The notes beneath the pieces were generated by a model. The model searched no databases. It was given only the letters and a program-made list of their open reading frames with translations, and had not been told where the DNA came from. The position numbers and the translations under genes are program-made. From Eledone cirrhosa (lineage: Eukaryota), in assembly GCA_964016885.1 (NCBI GenBank), contig OZ024741.1:291834001-291898000 (forward strand): a DNA stretch of 64,000 bases, in the 5' to 3' direction. Positions 1 to 15,325 of this stretch are shown piece by piece (positions within the stretch are counted from its first letter, which is position 1; the number at the start of each line of letters is the position of its first letter).

Positions 1-1307
1 GAACAAACTGGAGACGTTGAGGGTGGTCCCACGCGAACTAGGATGCGGAAGATCCGTGTCAGCATATGCGGACGGTGTCACCGTAGTAGTGTCGTATGCC
101 AAACACATTGAGGCGATCGGCACTACACTAAGAGAATACGAAGCGGTGACAGGAGAAATGATCAACCAGGAAAAGTCAGTGGGCCTGCAGCTCGGCACCT
201 GGAGAGGCAGGTCCATGCCGTCAAAACAGCGTCGTCGGGTGCTGGACGGACGGATCGGTTAAATTGTTGGGGGTCTGGTTCGGTCCGGACCTCCAGACGG
301 ACAAAAACTGGGACGAGGTGACGAGCAGAGTGGCTTTATTCACCCAGAAATAGGCGGAGAGGAAGCTATCCCTGAAAGGTCGAGCGGAGGTGGCTAACGC
401 GTACATCGCGTCCGTCATCTACTACCGCCTGGCCGTCGTACCTTGTCCTAAGCCCGGCCTGACTGCGCTGGAGCGTTTGCTCTTTCGCTTTTTGTGGAAG
501 GGACCCGTTCCGATGGTCAGGCGGTCAATCTGCTGTCAACACCCGCTACGTGGAGGGCTGAGCATGCCGTGGATGATGATGCACAGACACGCGCTCAGGC
601 TACGACATCTCCACCTCTTCCTCGACGGTGATTAGGTGTGGTCGCCGTTTGTTAGACGCGTCTTTCCCCAGCTCGTCTCCTTGACGGAGCTACAGTCCTG
701 GGTCAAGCGAAGACCGAGAGGGAGCGCTTGGAGAATGGAATGTCTTCAGCCGCTCACAGCCCTCGACCAATCAGGCAATGTGATCGGTGGAAACTCCACC
801 TCGGCGTTCTATAGAGGATTAGTGGGGCGGAAGAGCGACGACGTACTTGGGGAAACTCTAGGCGTCGACGAAAATCAACTAGCCAATCTCTTCGGAAGTA
901 CTTTCGAGCCGGGGCCTATGGACAACTTCCAGAAATCCCTGCCCTGGCAGTGCTACCGAGGAGCTTTGCCAATTCGGGATAAACTCTACAGGCATGGAGG
1001 TGCCGTCAGCTGCGCATGTCCGAGATGCGCGCAGGGCGACGAAACCGTCCTGCACGCACTCGTCCAATGTCCGAGCATTGCTGACTTGTGGGTTTATGTC
1101 GAACACCTGCTGTCGCGTGTAGGACGGATCCGGCTATCAGCTGAGTCCATCGGGAAGGGCAGGCAGTTTTTATCTGTCTGGTGGCCTCTGTTTTTGTTTT
1201 TTACACGCAGAAATGCCCATTTGTACCGTCCTGTATTGTCCTGTACTGTCCTTAATGTCTACTTTATGTAAAACCTACATGTCGACCCTTGTGGCTAATA
1301 AATGAAA

Positions 1308-1345
<38 letters not shown>
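1..1345 (+). mobile_element. Tx1/L1-clade LINE, decayed ORF2 3' part (RT C-terminus + zf-RVT) with 3' tail
   Basis: Broken frames give SAYADG (YADD-like), RKLSLKGRAEVANAYIAS, FLWKG, RGGLSMP and CPRC...ETVLHALVQC. In-frame stops and frameshifts; AATAAA near 1297, then (ATT)n. Confidence 0.85.
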
Positions 1346-1384
1346 GTTCTTGTTGTTGTTGCTGTTATTATGGCAATATCGTTA

Positions 1385-1545
1385 GAGGGACATACAACAG
1401 TCTTTGTGGCATAGAGTTACGGGCCTTTACTTTCTTATTTCAAATCCCGCAGAGGTTAGCTTTGTCTTTCGTCCTTATGTGGTCGATAAAATAAAGTACC
1501 AGTCACGCACTGCGGTCGATTTAATCGACTTTCCCCTTCCGTCTT
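1385..1545 (+). mobile_element. tRNA-derived SINE family A (Meta/MESC-like core), degenerate
   Basis: Core CTTTGTCTTTCGTCCTTATGTGGTCGATAAAATAAAGTACCAG shared with many copies in the window. Confidence 0.7.
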
Positions 1546-1699
1546 TCATTAAAAAGCTTGGAGTCCTCGACTTCATAGGCAGTGGTCAAATTTCTACCAT
1601 TACCAGCACTGCCAGAAACCTACACGATATATTGAGCCTCTCAGGTCAGGGACTGATCTGGGGCCAATTAACAGGTTTCATCTAGCAACTGATTTCAAA

Positions 1700-1890
1700 A
1701 AGTATCGGTACAGCGTCGGATACCATGCTGCGCAGCATCGAGGTACGGCCCTTTATATTCTGAGTTTGAATCCCGCCGAAGTTGACTTTACATTCATCCT
1801 TTCGTGGCCGATAAAATAAATCACTAGAAACGCATAGGGGTTATGTAATCGACTTACTCCGCCCCAAATGTTTGTCCTTGTGCCTAAATC
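1700..1890 (+). mobile_element. SINE family A
   Basis: B-box-like GAGTTTGAATCCC followed by the CATCCTTTCGTGGCCGATAAAATAAA core. Confidence 0.7.
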
Positions 1891-2714
1891 AGAAGGGTGA
1901 ATTTGTATCACAATATCACTCACAATAAAATACGCACAAATACGCAAACAAACTCCAAGTAAAGTACAGAAAAATACACGTAAATATACATACACAAACA
2001 TACACAGGTATAACCAAACACACAATCAATCGTACCTACAAACCGAACACATACAACCAAACATACTCAGACGCTCTCTCTCACACAAACACACACACAC
2101 ACACTCACACACATATATACACATAAACAAACAAACGCACATACACTCACACCTATAAAGAAATGTCAGGAAGAAAAAAGATCCCCAAAAAATCTTATAT
2201 TTATTTTACACAAAAGGTTACAGCGACATACGCTGGTTTCACAAGAAACCAGACAAGTATTTCAACAACATCGCTTAGAAGTTGTCGGAAGTTGCCGGAA
2301 GTTGTGAATGTCATATGACGTCACACTTTATTGTTAAAGCTTTCATTAAAAACATCTAAATATAACAAAAGTAAACAACATAATATTCTCAGGTTTTAAA
2401 TATGTGATATGAAAGGAGCGATCATTAAATTTGCTTCGCCTCTGCGTTTCTCACCATGTTTCTATTTTCTATCTTGTATCGACATACATGTACTTCTTTC
2501 TTTCTTTCTTTCTTCATCGTCTGTTTCTGTCATTTTTATTCTTTAATTTAAAAAAAAAACTCACTTTTTAATTTATCATTTATTTTCAGTTAAATTATCG
2601 TCTGCACTTTCTCGGGTTTCATTTCGTCTCGTCTAAGTTTCATTTCATGTTTTATTTCGTTTTTCTTTTTCATCTTGACTTCTATATCAATTTCTTCCTT
2701 CTATTTCTGCGCGC

Positions 2715-2765
2715 GCCACAAACACACACCCACCCACCCACACCCACACACCCACACACACGCAC

Positions 2766-2840
<75 letters not shown>

Positions 2841-2949
2841 AACACATACACACAAACACACACATACACACGAACACACACACAGATACAGACACACAGA
2901 TACAGACACACACACAGGCACACACACACACACACAGACACACAGACAC

Positions 2950-2980
<31 letters not shown>

Positions 2981-3010
2981 TACATACATACACATACACA
3001 CACATACATC
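2715..3010. repeat. (CA)n-type microsatellite
   Basis: Directly visible. Confidence 0.95.
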
Positions 3011-3429
3011 CTTTCTTTTCCTTAGTTTTTATGCCTACTAACCTTTCCATTTTCCTCCCATCTTGATGCGCCATTCTCTTTCCTATGTTTTTGTCCTTCG
3101 TTTGTTGTTCTTTATCTTTTTGTCTACTCTTTATTTTATTAAGTTACTGTCGTCTTTGTTTTCGTTTAATGTTGTTTTAGATTTCATAATTCTTATATCA
3201 TGTATCTTATTTCGTATTTTATTTCTATACTCCTGTTGTTCACCTCTTCTTTCTTACAGCATTTTTATTTCCTTCCTTCCTTCTGGTTATACATTCCTTT
3301 ACTCGTTTACGCTAAATACAAAAGTAAAAGAATGTTCTCGTTTTCTGCAATGATGTGTTCAAATGTTTCCTGTCATTTCTTGATAGGCGTTTATAACCTA
3401 AAAGTCTAAAGTTTGTATCGAGCAAGGAG

Positions 3430-3682
3430 GGTCATCAGGCTTATCCTGGTTTCCGTGGGGTGAGTGACTGAGAGTACAAGACTTCCACCTGGACATGGCG
3501 CCAGTCCTTCACAGGATTAAATCATCAGCCATTTCTGGTACTTATTTAAAGCTGAGTATACCGGAGCAACATGAAATGAAGTGATATACACAAGAACGCA
3601 ACACGCAACCCAGTCAAGGAATCGAACTCATTACATTCTGATCGTAATTCCAACACCCTTACCACTAGGCCAAAAGCCTCCT
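3430..3682 (-). mobile_element. tRNA-derived SINE family B
   Basis: Reverse complement has A box (TGGCCTAGTGGTAAGG) and B box (GTTCGATTCC); similar to 63893-64000, 33160-33280 and 36520-36722. Confidence 0.75.
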
Positions 3683-3894
3683 CGTAAACCATTTTAACTC
3701 CGATCCTTTAAGCAATTTTGAAACAAAGAAGGGTTGAATATTATATGGTGCTAGGTCAGGGTTTTACAGCCGGTTGTAGAAGAATTATGAAGTGATTTTC
3801 ATAGATTGTCTTTGTCATTATTTGTTTGATGGTAGCTGGAGATTATTTATCCCACCCTTAGATTTAGTGTTGTTGAGCTCGATGCACGCTAAAC

Positions 3895-4330
3895 AGGGTA
3901 CAGGTAAATGTAATACGATAAAAATGAAACCGGTAAAAATATACAGGTAAATATGGTATAGGTAAATAGGAGGCAGGTAAATATCAGCCTAGGTAAATAT
4001 TACAAGGTAAAAAAAGATTATACGTTTAAATATTGGACAAGTAAAATTAGTACAGGTAAATATGGGACAGATAACATCAGTACAGGCAAATGCGTAACAG
4101 GTAAAAATGGTACAGATAAAATTAGTCCAGGTAAAAACGGTACAGCTAAATATGGGAGAGGTAAATATAGGACAGATAAAATTAGTAGTTAAATATGGTA
4201 TAGGTAAAATTAGTAGTTAAATATGGTATAAGTAAAGATGACACAGGTAAAAATTACACATGTATATATGGTATAGATAAAATTAGTACAGGTAAATATG
4301 GGACAGGTAAATATCGTACATGTGAAAAAA
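3895..4330. repeat. ~15-bp minisatellite (ACAGGTAAA(A/T)ATGGT)
   Basis: About 28 degenerate units visible. Confidence 0.85.
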
Positions 4331-4543
4331 TAAAATGACATAGGTCACATCTGTAGGTTATTAAAAATCAATAGCAACTGATAATCATATAATAACAATG
4401 CTCGGATAATATTTAATCAAATGTAATGTTTCCAGTTGTATTAGATATGCTTGTAGTAGGTCTTTCATCAACTTCGTATTGTCATCGATTTCGAAGTTGA
4501 ACGACTCCCATTAATGTAAAAAGTGTGGTGGATTGGAAAGGTC

Positions 4544-4730
4544 GGTGAATTGGCAGTATCGGTAGAGGGTCGGACGCCATGCTTTGATGCATAGAGTTAC
4601 GGCCCTTGCTATTCTGAGTTCAAATTCCGCCGAAGTTAACTTTGCCTTTCATCATTACGGGGTAGATAAAATGAAGTGCCAGTAATGCACTGGGTAATTG
4701 CTGCCCTTGTGCCAAATGTAGAAACAATTA
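4544..4730 (+). mobile_element. SINE family A, near full length
   Basis: TGGCAGTATCGGTAG A box, GAGTTCAAATTCC B box, core, and GTAGAAACAATTA 3' end. Confidence 0.85.
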
Positions 4731-4831
4731 ATGTAATATTTGCAGTTGTATTTATATATATATGAAATAAACCGTTCACCAACTCAGTATTGTTATCGGT
4801 TTCGAAGCTAAACGACTCCAACAAAAATATC

Positions 4832-5260
4832 CAGCCCAGGATTAACCATTAGAGAAATTAAGCAAGCAATCAGGACCCCAAAAATATCAAAAGGTTTATA
4901 TATATATTTATTTCGTGGGACGTTCTGGTGTTATTTTTTTTTTTAATTTCTACAATGTAGGACGTCAACAATCTTTAATACAGCACTTGTGATATCTTTA
5001 TCACAATATGATTTCTGACATTCACTAAAGAGATACTTCTATAGTTTAATACAATTAGTGTAGCCATCGTTCTTCACTGCTATAAACTTTCGGGAACACA
5101 TAAAATGTTTGCAGTGTTGACATATTCAGCACATCATAACATTTCACAGAATCTCTTTGTTCTCGAATATATATTGTGACAATAATTATTGTGCTATCAG
5201 TAGAAAATATATAAACTTTTAGTAATAAATATTTTATCTCTATACATTGATACATTGTAC
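4832..5260 (-). mobile_element. possible decayed hAT end/transposase C-terminus
   Basis: CAGCCCAGGATTAACCATTAG resembles hAT termini; minus-strand FPKVYSSEER resembles the hAT dimerisation motif. Weak. Confidence 0.35.
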
Positions 5261-5378
5261 TGAAATTCAGTGTTTGTTTTGTTTTGTTATGGTTGTTTTT
5301 TGTTCATGACACGGAATTTATGACGTATAGATTTTACGACAAAAACTTTTTATCATACGAACTTTTCTGGGGCTACCG

Positions 5379-5418
<40 letters not shown>

Positions 5419-5685
5419 CTTTTTTCCTTTTACTTTATTATTATATATTTTAACTATTGTTTATATTTTTTGCTTTTGTGTGTGCCCTCACGTGCTTCTG
5501 CATCTTGTGAAAAAATCTGCCTGTACCATTGCATTTAGCTGTAGTGCTGAATAACAACCCCACTATACACTCTCTCAATACTCGCCATTTCCGATCTCCC
5601 TCTTGTTGCCCTCTATTGTATTTCTAATGTTCACGTGACGAAACTTGGTAGAGCCTATACTCAGCATTGTAATTTGATTTGTAAA

Positions 5686-5730
5686 GCTCTGATGATCCCT
5701 GCCCAATAGTATGGATGAAACATTGTTAGC
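5686..5730 (+). ncRNA. minimal hammerhead ribozyme motif in a pLTR-like segment (~5420-5880)
   Basis: GCT-CTGATGA-TCC..GGA-T-GAAAC-ATT-GTT-AGC; AATAAA follows; segment bounded by (TA)n. Confidence 0.7.
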
Positions 5731-5985
5731 AAATAAAAATTGTATGAGTATGTAGGCGTTCTTTGATTTCTTTTACATATAACGGCTCTGTTCTCGTACA
5801 TTGAGCTTATACAATACTGTCACAAATACGACACGGTGCAGGTGCGTTTATGCGCACACGCTCAGTGGTCTACGTTTTTAAAAAAATATATATATAGTAA
5901 TAATAATAAATTTGAAAACTAAAATCCAAAGAAGATCCCGTTAAGGCTCAAAGCAGCGATTCTTTGCTTAAACTTTAATCTGTTA

Positions 5986-6330
<345 letters not shown>

Positions 6331-6420
6331 CACTCATGTATACATATCACACACGCCATATTATACACCCGCATATGTAAAAAACCAATAAAAGCATCAC
6401 AGACACGTATTCAATACACA

Positions 6421-6806
6421 TGATAATGATTTCTTTATTAACCACAAGGGTTTACATAAAGTAGACATTAAGGACAGTGCTGGACAATGCAGGACGGTAC
6501 AAATGGGCATTTCTGCGTGTAAAAAACAAAAACAGAGGATGTAACAAAAATAACAATGAAAATAACAATGAAAAATTCCCCAATAGGGGGGAGACTTCGG
6601 AGGGACATTTGTGGAGAAAGCCCAGTAAAAAGCCACAATGACCCTGACCACCAAGGCAAGAGCCCTCTCCCAGTTTTCCACCTTTAATTTACAGATATAT
6701 ACTCAGAGTAGGCCCATTCACTCGGGCCATTCTTGCTTCTTTCACCCATCTTTCAACAAAATGCTGGGAAGAGAGCACTTCCCTCTCTACTCTGATTTTC
6801 CTTTTT
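6421..6806 (-). mobile_element. 5'-truncated copy of the same Tx1-like LINE (ORF2 C-terminus + full 3' UTR)
   Basis: 6424-6538 is the reverse complement of ~1186-1310; minus strand reads KRKIRVEREVLSSQHFVERWVKEARMARVNGPTLSIYL* (stop 6689-6691). Confidence 0.85.
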
Positions 6807-6972
6807 GATAATACACACACACACACGCACAAGCAAATGGGCACACTCACTTACATAGGAGTTACAGAAAAAGCCCAACAAAGACAGACTAACACACACA
6901 TACACAACCACACCCATGTCACCCCCCCCCCCCACAAAAAGGCCACAACTTTCACTCACCTCCGCCTATCAC

Positions 6973-7445
<473 letters not shown>

Positions 7446-7559
7446 CGTTAGAATATGTGTAATAAGGCCAAGACAATGCAGATATGGACATAGAAAAAGA
7501 ATGCAATAGTGAGAGATATTGATGAGAATTCGTCTTTCACCTTGAATTTATTTAAATGT

Positions 7560-7594
7560 CCTTAATTTTCGAGATAATATCTCTTCTTCGGAGG
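7560..7594 (-). ncRNA. minimal HHR (CCGAAGA core variant) in Penelope pLTR
   Basis: Reverse complement of 9438-9472. Confidence 0.6.
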
Positions 7595-7969
7595 GAAGTA
7601 AAAGTCTCAGACCAGCGTCTAAATTTCCAATGAAGCCATGCTGACCGGAAATAGTATAGAGTTCTAACTTTAATATCAAAGAATTAAAATTAGGTGGGTA
7701 AAGAGTAGTCTCCCTTTAAGAGGGGTTTGTTTATGTTTTTGTTGTGTTTTTTAAATTTTATATGCGTGCCTGTATATGTGTGTGGGAGAAAGCATGAAGG
7801 TGTAGGTATGTGTGTGTGTGAGTGTGGGAAGATAGGTCTAATCGTAAAAGTGGGGGGTAGGTGTTATCTGGTGTTAGAACTGGTTTTGTGTGTGTATGTG
7901 TGAGAGAGAATAAGTGGAGGTGTGTGCGTGCGTGTGTGTGGGGTGTGTAAAGTGGGGCTAGAGGCCCTA

Positions 7970-8735
7970 TCAGGTTATAAATTGGGTGTTGAGCTCTAGT
8001 CTATTATTGATTGGTGGATGTGTTCTATCTATAATGAGTGCTTCCTTGATTCTAAGATTACCGAGGTTTCTTTCTTTAGTTTCTATCCTAACTGTTATGT
8101 TTTTATCAGTGTTTTTGCATTTAACTAGGTGTTTCTTAAATGAGGAAGCGTTAGTATTGAGGTGTTCTTTTATTCTTATGTGGAGTGGTCTGGTGGTGCT
8201 ACCTACGTAGAAGTTGTTGCATTTGTCACACTCTAGTCTGTAAACTACGTAAGCCTGGTGGCATAGGTCTGTGTCGTTGATGGGGCAGTTGGCTAGTCTG
8301 CAGCAGTTGTCATGTCTGGTGGAGTGTCTCTTAGCTAGCCGTCCACGCAAAGAAGGACCCGAATGGGCCAGTTGAATATCCAGACCTTCTCGTCTGATGG
8401 CTCTGCGGATGGCTGTTGTTGTTTCTTCACTGATGTGTGGGTGCTTCAGGAAGCAAGTGTTAGTGCCTCGGGTGTGGTGTCCTCTGTTCTTTCTGGCACG
8501 GTTTGTGGTGGATGTCGTGTATCCGTTCAGTTTGAGTACTTCCAGGAAATGTGTGGTGTGTGTGTCTCGGTCTCTGGCGTCGGTGCATTTGTTCTTGATA
8601 CGTGCCAGTTCGTTCTTTATGTATCCGAACTTGGCACCGAGTGGGAGGGCCGATCTGAAATGTACGAACAGGTCCCTGCTGGCGGATTTTTTATAGAAGC
8701 AGGTGTGGATGTTGCCTTCCTCTGTTACCCTGAGG
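7970..8735 (-). pseudogene. Penelope-like RT C-terminus + Cys linker + GIY-YIG endonuclease (truncated, frame intact)
   Basis: FYKKSASRDLFVHFRSALP (thumb), LKLNGY, CRLANCP...C, VVYRLECDKCNNFYVGSTTRPLHIRIKEH, EALII...PPIN. The ATG at 8761 comes from the inversion junction. Confidence 0.9.
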
Positions 8736-9062
8736 CTAGCCAACTGCTCCATCAACGACACAGACCTATGCCACCAGGCTTACGTAGTTTACAGACTAGA
8801 GTGTGACAAATGCAACAACTTCTACGTAGGTAGCACCACCAGACCACTCCACATAAGAATAAAAGAACACCTCAATACTAACGCTTCCTCATTTAAGAAA
8901 CACCTAGTTAAATGCAAAAACACTGATAAAAACATAACAGTTAGGATAGAAACTAAAGAAAGAAACCTCGGTAATCTTAGAATCAAGGAAGCACTCATTA
9001 TAGATAGAACACATCCACCAATCAATAATAGACTAGAGCTCAACACCCAATTTATAACCTGA
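8736..9062 (+). pseudogene. second, inverted copy of the GIY-YIG domain
   Basis: Same peptide as the C-terminus of the minus-strand ORF. Confidence 0.9.
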
Positions 9063-9437
9063 TAGGGCCTCTAGCCCCACTTTACACACCCCACACACAC
9101 GCACGCACACACCTCCACTTATTCTCTCTCACACATACACACACAAAACCAGTTCTAACACCAGATAACACCTACCCCCCACTTTTACGATTAGACCTAT
9201 CTTCCCACACTCACACACACACATACCTACACCTTCATGCTTTCTCCCACACACATATACAGGCACGCATATAAAATTTAAAAAACACAACAAAAACATA
9301 AACAAACCCCTCTTAAAGGGAGACTAATCTTTACCCACCTAATTTTAATTCTTTGATATTAAAGTTAGAACTCTATACTATTTCCGGTCAGCATGGCTTC
9401 ATTGGAAATTTAGACGCTGGTCTGAGACTTTTACTTC

Positions 9438-9472
9438 CCTCCGAAGAAGAGATATTATCTCGAAAATTAAGG
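9438..9472 (+). ncRNA. minimal HHR (CCGAAGA core variant) in Penelope pLTR
   Basis: CCT-CCGAAGA-A-GAGATATTATCTC-GAA-AATT-A-AGG; palindromic stem III (AATT); downstream of the GIY-YIG stop. Confidence 0.6.
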
Positions 9473-9638
9473 ACATTTAAATAAATTCAAGGTGAAAGAC
9501 GAATTCTCATCAATATCTCTCACTATTGCATTCTTTTTCTATGTCCATATCTGCATTGTCTTGGCCTTATTACACATATTCTAACGTTTATACCTCATTA
9601 CACAATGCTTCAAGTGAACTATAACCTCCTCCTTATAT

Positions 9639-9735
<97 letters not shown>

Positions 9736-9760
9736 TATGTATATATATATATAAATATAT

Positions 9761-9793
<33 letters not shown>

Positions 9794-9795
9794 TA

Positions 9796-9827
<32 letters not shown>

Positions 9828-9828
9828 A

Positions 9829-9876
<48 letters not shown>

Positions 9877-9887
9877 TATATATATAT

Positions 9888-10087
9888 NNNNNNNNNNNNN
9901 NNNNNNNNNNNNNNNNNNNNNNNNNNNNNNNNNNNNNNNNNNNNNNNNNNNNNNNNNNNNNNNNNNNNNNNNNNNNNNNNNNNNNNNNNNNNNNNNNNNN
10001 NNNNNNNNNNNNNNNNNNNNNNNNNNNNNNNNNNNNNNNNNNNNNNNNNNNNNNNNNNNNNNNNNNNNNNNNNNNNNNNNNNNNNNN
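9888..10087. other. assembly gap (200 N)
   Basis: Run of n. Confidence 1.
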
Positions 10088-10223
10088 ACGAATTCTCATC
10101 AATATCTCTCACTATTGCATTCTTTTTCTATGTCCATATCTGCATTGTCTTGGCCTTATTACACATATTCTAACGTTTATACCTCATTACACAATGCTTC
10201 AAGTGAACTATAACCTCCTCCTT

Positions 10224-11565
<1,342 letters not shown>

Positions 11566-11665
11566 TTCATATAATTTTATATTATAAGGCTCGGAATTTT
11601 TTTTTCCTTCAACTATTTCAATTAAAAGGGACTATTGAGAGTTTCTAACTCAATATATACTTTTG

Positions 11666-11705
<40 letters not shown>

Positions 11706-11760
11706 TTAACTTCCTTCCTTAACCTTCTCACACTACTCTTACGTGTATCCTTATCCGAAC

Positions 11761-11796
11761 TTTCCCGAAGAAGGACTTCTGTCTAAAACGTTGAAA
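11761..11796 (+). ncRNA. degenerate HHR motif (related to 47638/56392 family)
   Basis: TTTC-CCGAAGA-AGGAC-TTCT-GTCT-AAAAC-GTT-GAAA; G12 is mutated to A. Confidence 0.5.
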
Positions 11797-12017
11797 CCTC
11801 CCCCACTTTCACCAAGCGTGAACCTAATATTACTGTAAAATTGTCTCCTGTGTTTTGTTTATTTCATTTTTAACTATATTCCACGTATCACAGTTACAGG
11901 TTCACATAGAAACACATTACAGTCTGATAAAACACTAAGACATGTATGTGCGTATGTATGTATGTGTGTGTGTGTATGCATGTATGCATTTATCTGTCTC
12001 CCGCTCTATATATATAT

Positions 12018-12398
12018 CAGGGGCGAAGGGTGCGTGCGTGCAACGAATGCAGTGCATGCGTTATAGAATCTTGAGTTGATCAATTGCGTCGGTTGAAGCA
12101 AGCAGAATGTTGGCTGCTTGTTAAATCGTATACACATAAAAAGATAACACACACACACACACACATACACACAAACACACGACAGCGTTGCTTGGAGCAA
12201 GCAGAATTTTGGCTGCTTGCTAAATTGTAGACACATAAAAAGATAACACACACACACACACTAGATAACACTACATGCGGCTTTGACCGGAAGGGTCATT
12301 TAGAGGGAATTGGGGGGGGGGGGGGTACAGCTGCACAGCCACACTTTCCGCCAATGCGATTGGACTGCATGCCCTGCTTTCCAGGTTACCCTTCGCCA

Positions 12399-12401
<3 letters not shown>
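12018..12401. mobile_element. MITE with 14-bp TIRs (hAT-like)
   Basis: CAGGGGCGAAGGGT ... ACCCTTCGCCACTG, one mismatch; inserted in (TA)n; internal ~75-bp direct repeat. Confidence 0.75.
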
Positions 12402-12436
<35 letters not shown>

Positions 12437-13070
12437 TTAGAAACACACAGATACATGCGGACGCACACATATATACATGATCGCATCCGCACCCAACTGT
12501 GAGTTAAGGGTGCCAACTTCACCGATGTTGCTCAATGTTTATGCCACGAAACTACGTAGTCGAGGAATTTAGGAACAGTTTAGGTATGATACATTTTATT
12601 ACTAATTATATCTAAATGTTTCTTCTCTCTTCATAATGTATTTTTAACTCTGATACTGGTTCAGTCTGGTTCAAACTGAATTGGTCTGTCCCAGTCATTC
12701 ATTGAGCAACATCGGTGAAGTTGGCACCCTTAACTCACAGTTGGGTGCGGATGCGATCATGTATATATGTGTGCGTCCGCATGTATCTGTGTGTTTCTAA
12801 ATATATTAATAACTCCCTCTGGTCGAGCAATCTTTGAGGTGTGGGGACAACTGGAAAGCTTCCATTACTCATACTTCTCGCCTTCTTCACTACCTCTTCT
12901 ACGGCCTCGATATGAATACCCCCTCCGCCTCCGTGGTATTTTCTTCGTGGTTATAAGAGGCTTAGCTCTGTTTCTCGACCGTTATATCGCGTGACTATCT
13001 CCCCCTCCGCCTTTTGGGATTTTTTCTCACGTCGTATAGACGCGTTCTTGAGACTAGTAAAATGAGGTAT

Positions 13071-13156
13071 CCTCTTGATAAGTCGGCAGACCTCGCAAGG
13101 ACTCTATATCTTTGATATATTGTTTTTGTTTATGCCACGAAACTACGTAGTCGAGG
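13071..13156 (+). ncRNA. HHR, U3-A8 core, long stem-II loop
   Basis: CCTC-TTGATAA-GTCGGCA...TGCCAC-GAAAC-TACGTA-GTC-GAGG. Confidence 0.75.
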
Positions 13157-13661
13157 AATTTAGGAACAGTTTAGGTATGATACATTTTATTACTAATTAT
13201 ATCTAAATGTTTCTTCTCTCTTCATAATGTATTTTTAACTCTGATACTGGTTCAGTCTGGTTCAAACTGAATTGGTCTGTCCCAGTCATTCATTGAGCAA
13301 CATCGGTGAAGTTGGCACCCTTAACTCACAGTTGGGTGCGGATGCGATCATGTATATATGTGTGCGTCCGCATGTATCTGTGTGTTTCTAAATATATTAA
13401 TAACTCCCTCTGGTCGAGCAATCTTTGAGGTGTGGGGACAACTGGAAAGCTTCCATTACTCATACTTCTCGCCTTCTTCACTACCTCTTCTACGGCCTCG
13501 ATATGAATACCCCCTCCGCCTCCGTGGTATTTTCTTCGTGGTTATAAGAGGCTTAGCTCTGTTTCTCGACCGTTATATCGCGTGACTATCTCCCCCTCCG
13601 CCTTTTGGGATTTTTTCTCACGTCGTATAGACGCGTTCTTGAGACTAGTAAAATGAGGTAT

Positions 13662-13747
13662 CCTCTTGATAAGTCGGCAGACCTCGCAAGGACTCTATAT
13701 CTTTGATATATTGTTTTTGTTTATGCCACGAAACTACGTAGTCGAGG
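13662..13747 (+). ncRNA. HHR, second tandem copy
   Basis: Same as 13071-13156. Confidence 0.75.
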
Positions 13748-13820
13748 AATTTAGGAACAGTTTAGGTATGATACATTTTATTACTAATTATATCTAAATG
13801 TTTCTTCTCTCTTCATAATG

Positions 13821-13853
<33 letters not shown>

Positions 13854-13899
13854 GGTCGCTACAGACTCTGCTAAGAGTATTGCAATCGCTTGTAACATA

Positions 13900-14275
13900 T
13901 CCTGAACAAGCATTGCCTGTGCTTTGAAGGTTTTTTTAAGTGGGGAAAGGCTTTGCACTCGACCAATCCCACTCTCTGAGCATCGAAAACACTACCCGAA
14001 ATGGAGAAAGGAGAACTTGTCAACATCATCGGATGCTTCCGAAGCCGCAGGTTTTTTGGGGTTTTTTTCAGATTTTCCCTCTCCTAGAAAGGTGTCGTGA
14101 AAACAATTGGGGGCTTTTCACTTCCAGGTGAAAACAAAAATAGTGCTATTTGGACGGCCGTTGACTCTGTTGTGTTCCCCCGCCCTTTGCCGGGTCTTGT
14201 ATTTCTTCCCGCAGGGTGTCCAAATATCACCCTCCTCACCAAGCAAGCTTGGTGAGGTTGCCTGCTTAGTCGCCG
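13900..14275 (-). mobile_element. diverged relative of the RTE-like 5' region at 29101-29400
   Basis: Reverse complement shares CACCAAG..CTTGGTGAGGAGGGTGA..TGGACA and CTAGGAGAGGGAAAA blocks. Confidence 0.55.
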
Positions 14276-14519
14276 ACGACCCGATAATGAGACAGGTTAT
14301 ACTGGGTTACATGTTACCAGTAACACTCTAGAGCGACCTGACATATATTTTGTATATGTATCTATATATACATACAAATATATATCCGTTTTGTATTGAC
14401 GAAATTGAAACTGAATACTCAATATTAAAGAAAGATTACTAGTTTAGGTAGATCGAGACAGTGACATGTGTGTTAGAGTAAGAGTAAGAGAAAGAGAGAG
14501 AGAGAGAGAGGTGTGTGTA

Positions 14520-14583
<64 letters not shown>

Positions 14584-15084
14584 GGGGGAGTGTGTGTGTG
14601 TGTGTTTGAGAGAGAGAGAGGTGTGTGATAGATAATTCATAAGTAAAGGCCTAGTAATGTTGCAACAGTTGATGTTTTATAGCAACAGATCAGACATAAT
14701 CGACCAGAACTACCATCAAATTCAGTTCAGCCATGAACAGTTTGTCTGTTCCCAAACTGTATACCACATTATACAACACGTTTTTTTCTGAATGAATTGG
14801 GGTATGGTTTGAGAGAAATTTGGCTGCTATTTCTTGAATGTCGAGTAAACAGGTTGAGGCTCCACCGTTGGCTCAGATGGTTTCTAATTGTTTCTTTGTG
14901 TAACAATATCCTCGATGAAAATGATGATTATGATGAAGTTGAGGGAAATGATTTCAACGGGGATAATGATGATAATTTATCGGCCAAGAAACACTTGATC
15001 AGGAAGACAAAACGATAAGGTGGGCATAAAATGTAGTAACGGATATCCGCATATATACATACATATACATGCACGCAGCCACAT

Positions 15085-15325
<241 letters not shown>

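Larger units (their letters stand above)
12431..13822 (+). mobile_element. 591-bp HHR-bearing tandem repeat (2.2 units) with short inverted leader; retrozyme-like
   Basis: Apparently identical units with period 591; 12431-12535 is the inverse of ~12704-12806; flanked by (TA)n. Confidence 0.8.

Noticed and set aside
3895-4330. CRISPR-like regular repeats (also 20520-20812, 27200-27370, 33800-34030)
   Set aside because: Contiguous degenerate minisatellites without unique spacers; eukaryotic context; no cas genes.
4544-4640. tRNA gene
   Set aside because: A/B boxes belong to SINE heads; no cloverleaf; continues into the SINE core.
8703-9062. Stand-alone GIY-YIG nuclease gene
   Set aside because: Its start is created by the Penelope inversion junction; it is a duplicate of the minus-strand domain.
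12767-12994. Duplicated 75-aa ORF in the 591-bp repeat
   Set aside because: No recognisable motif; the duplication just reflects the tandem unit.
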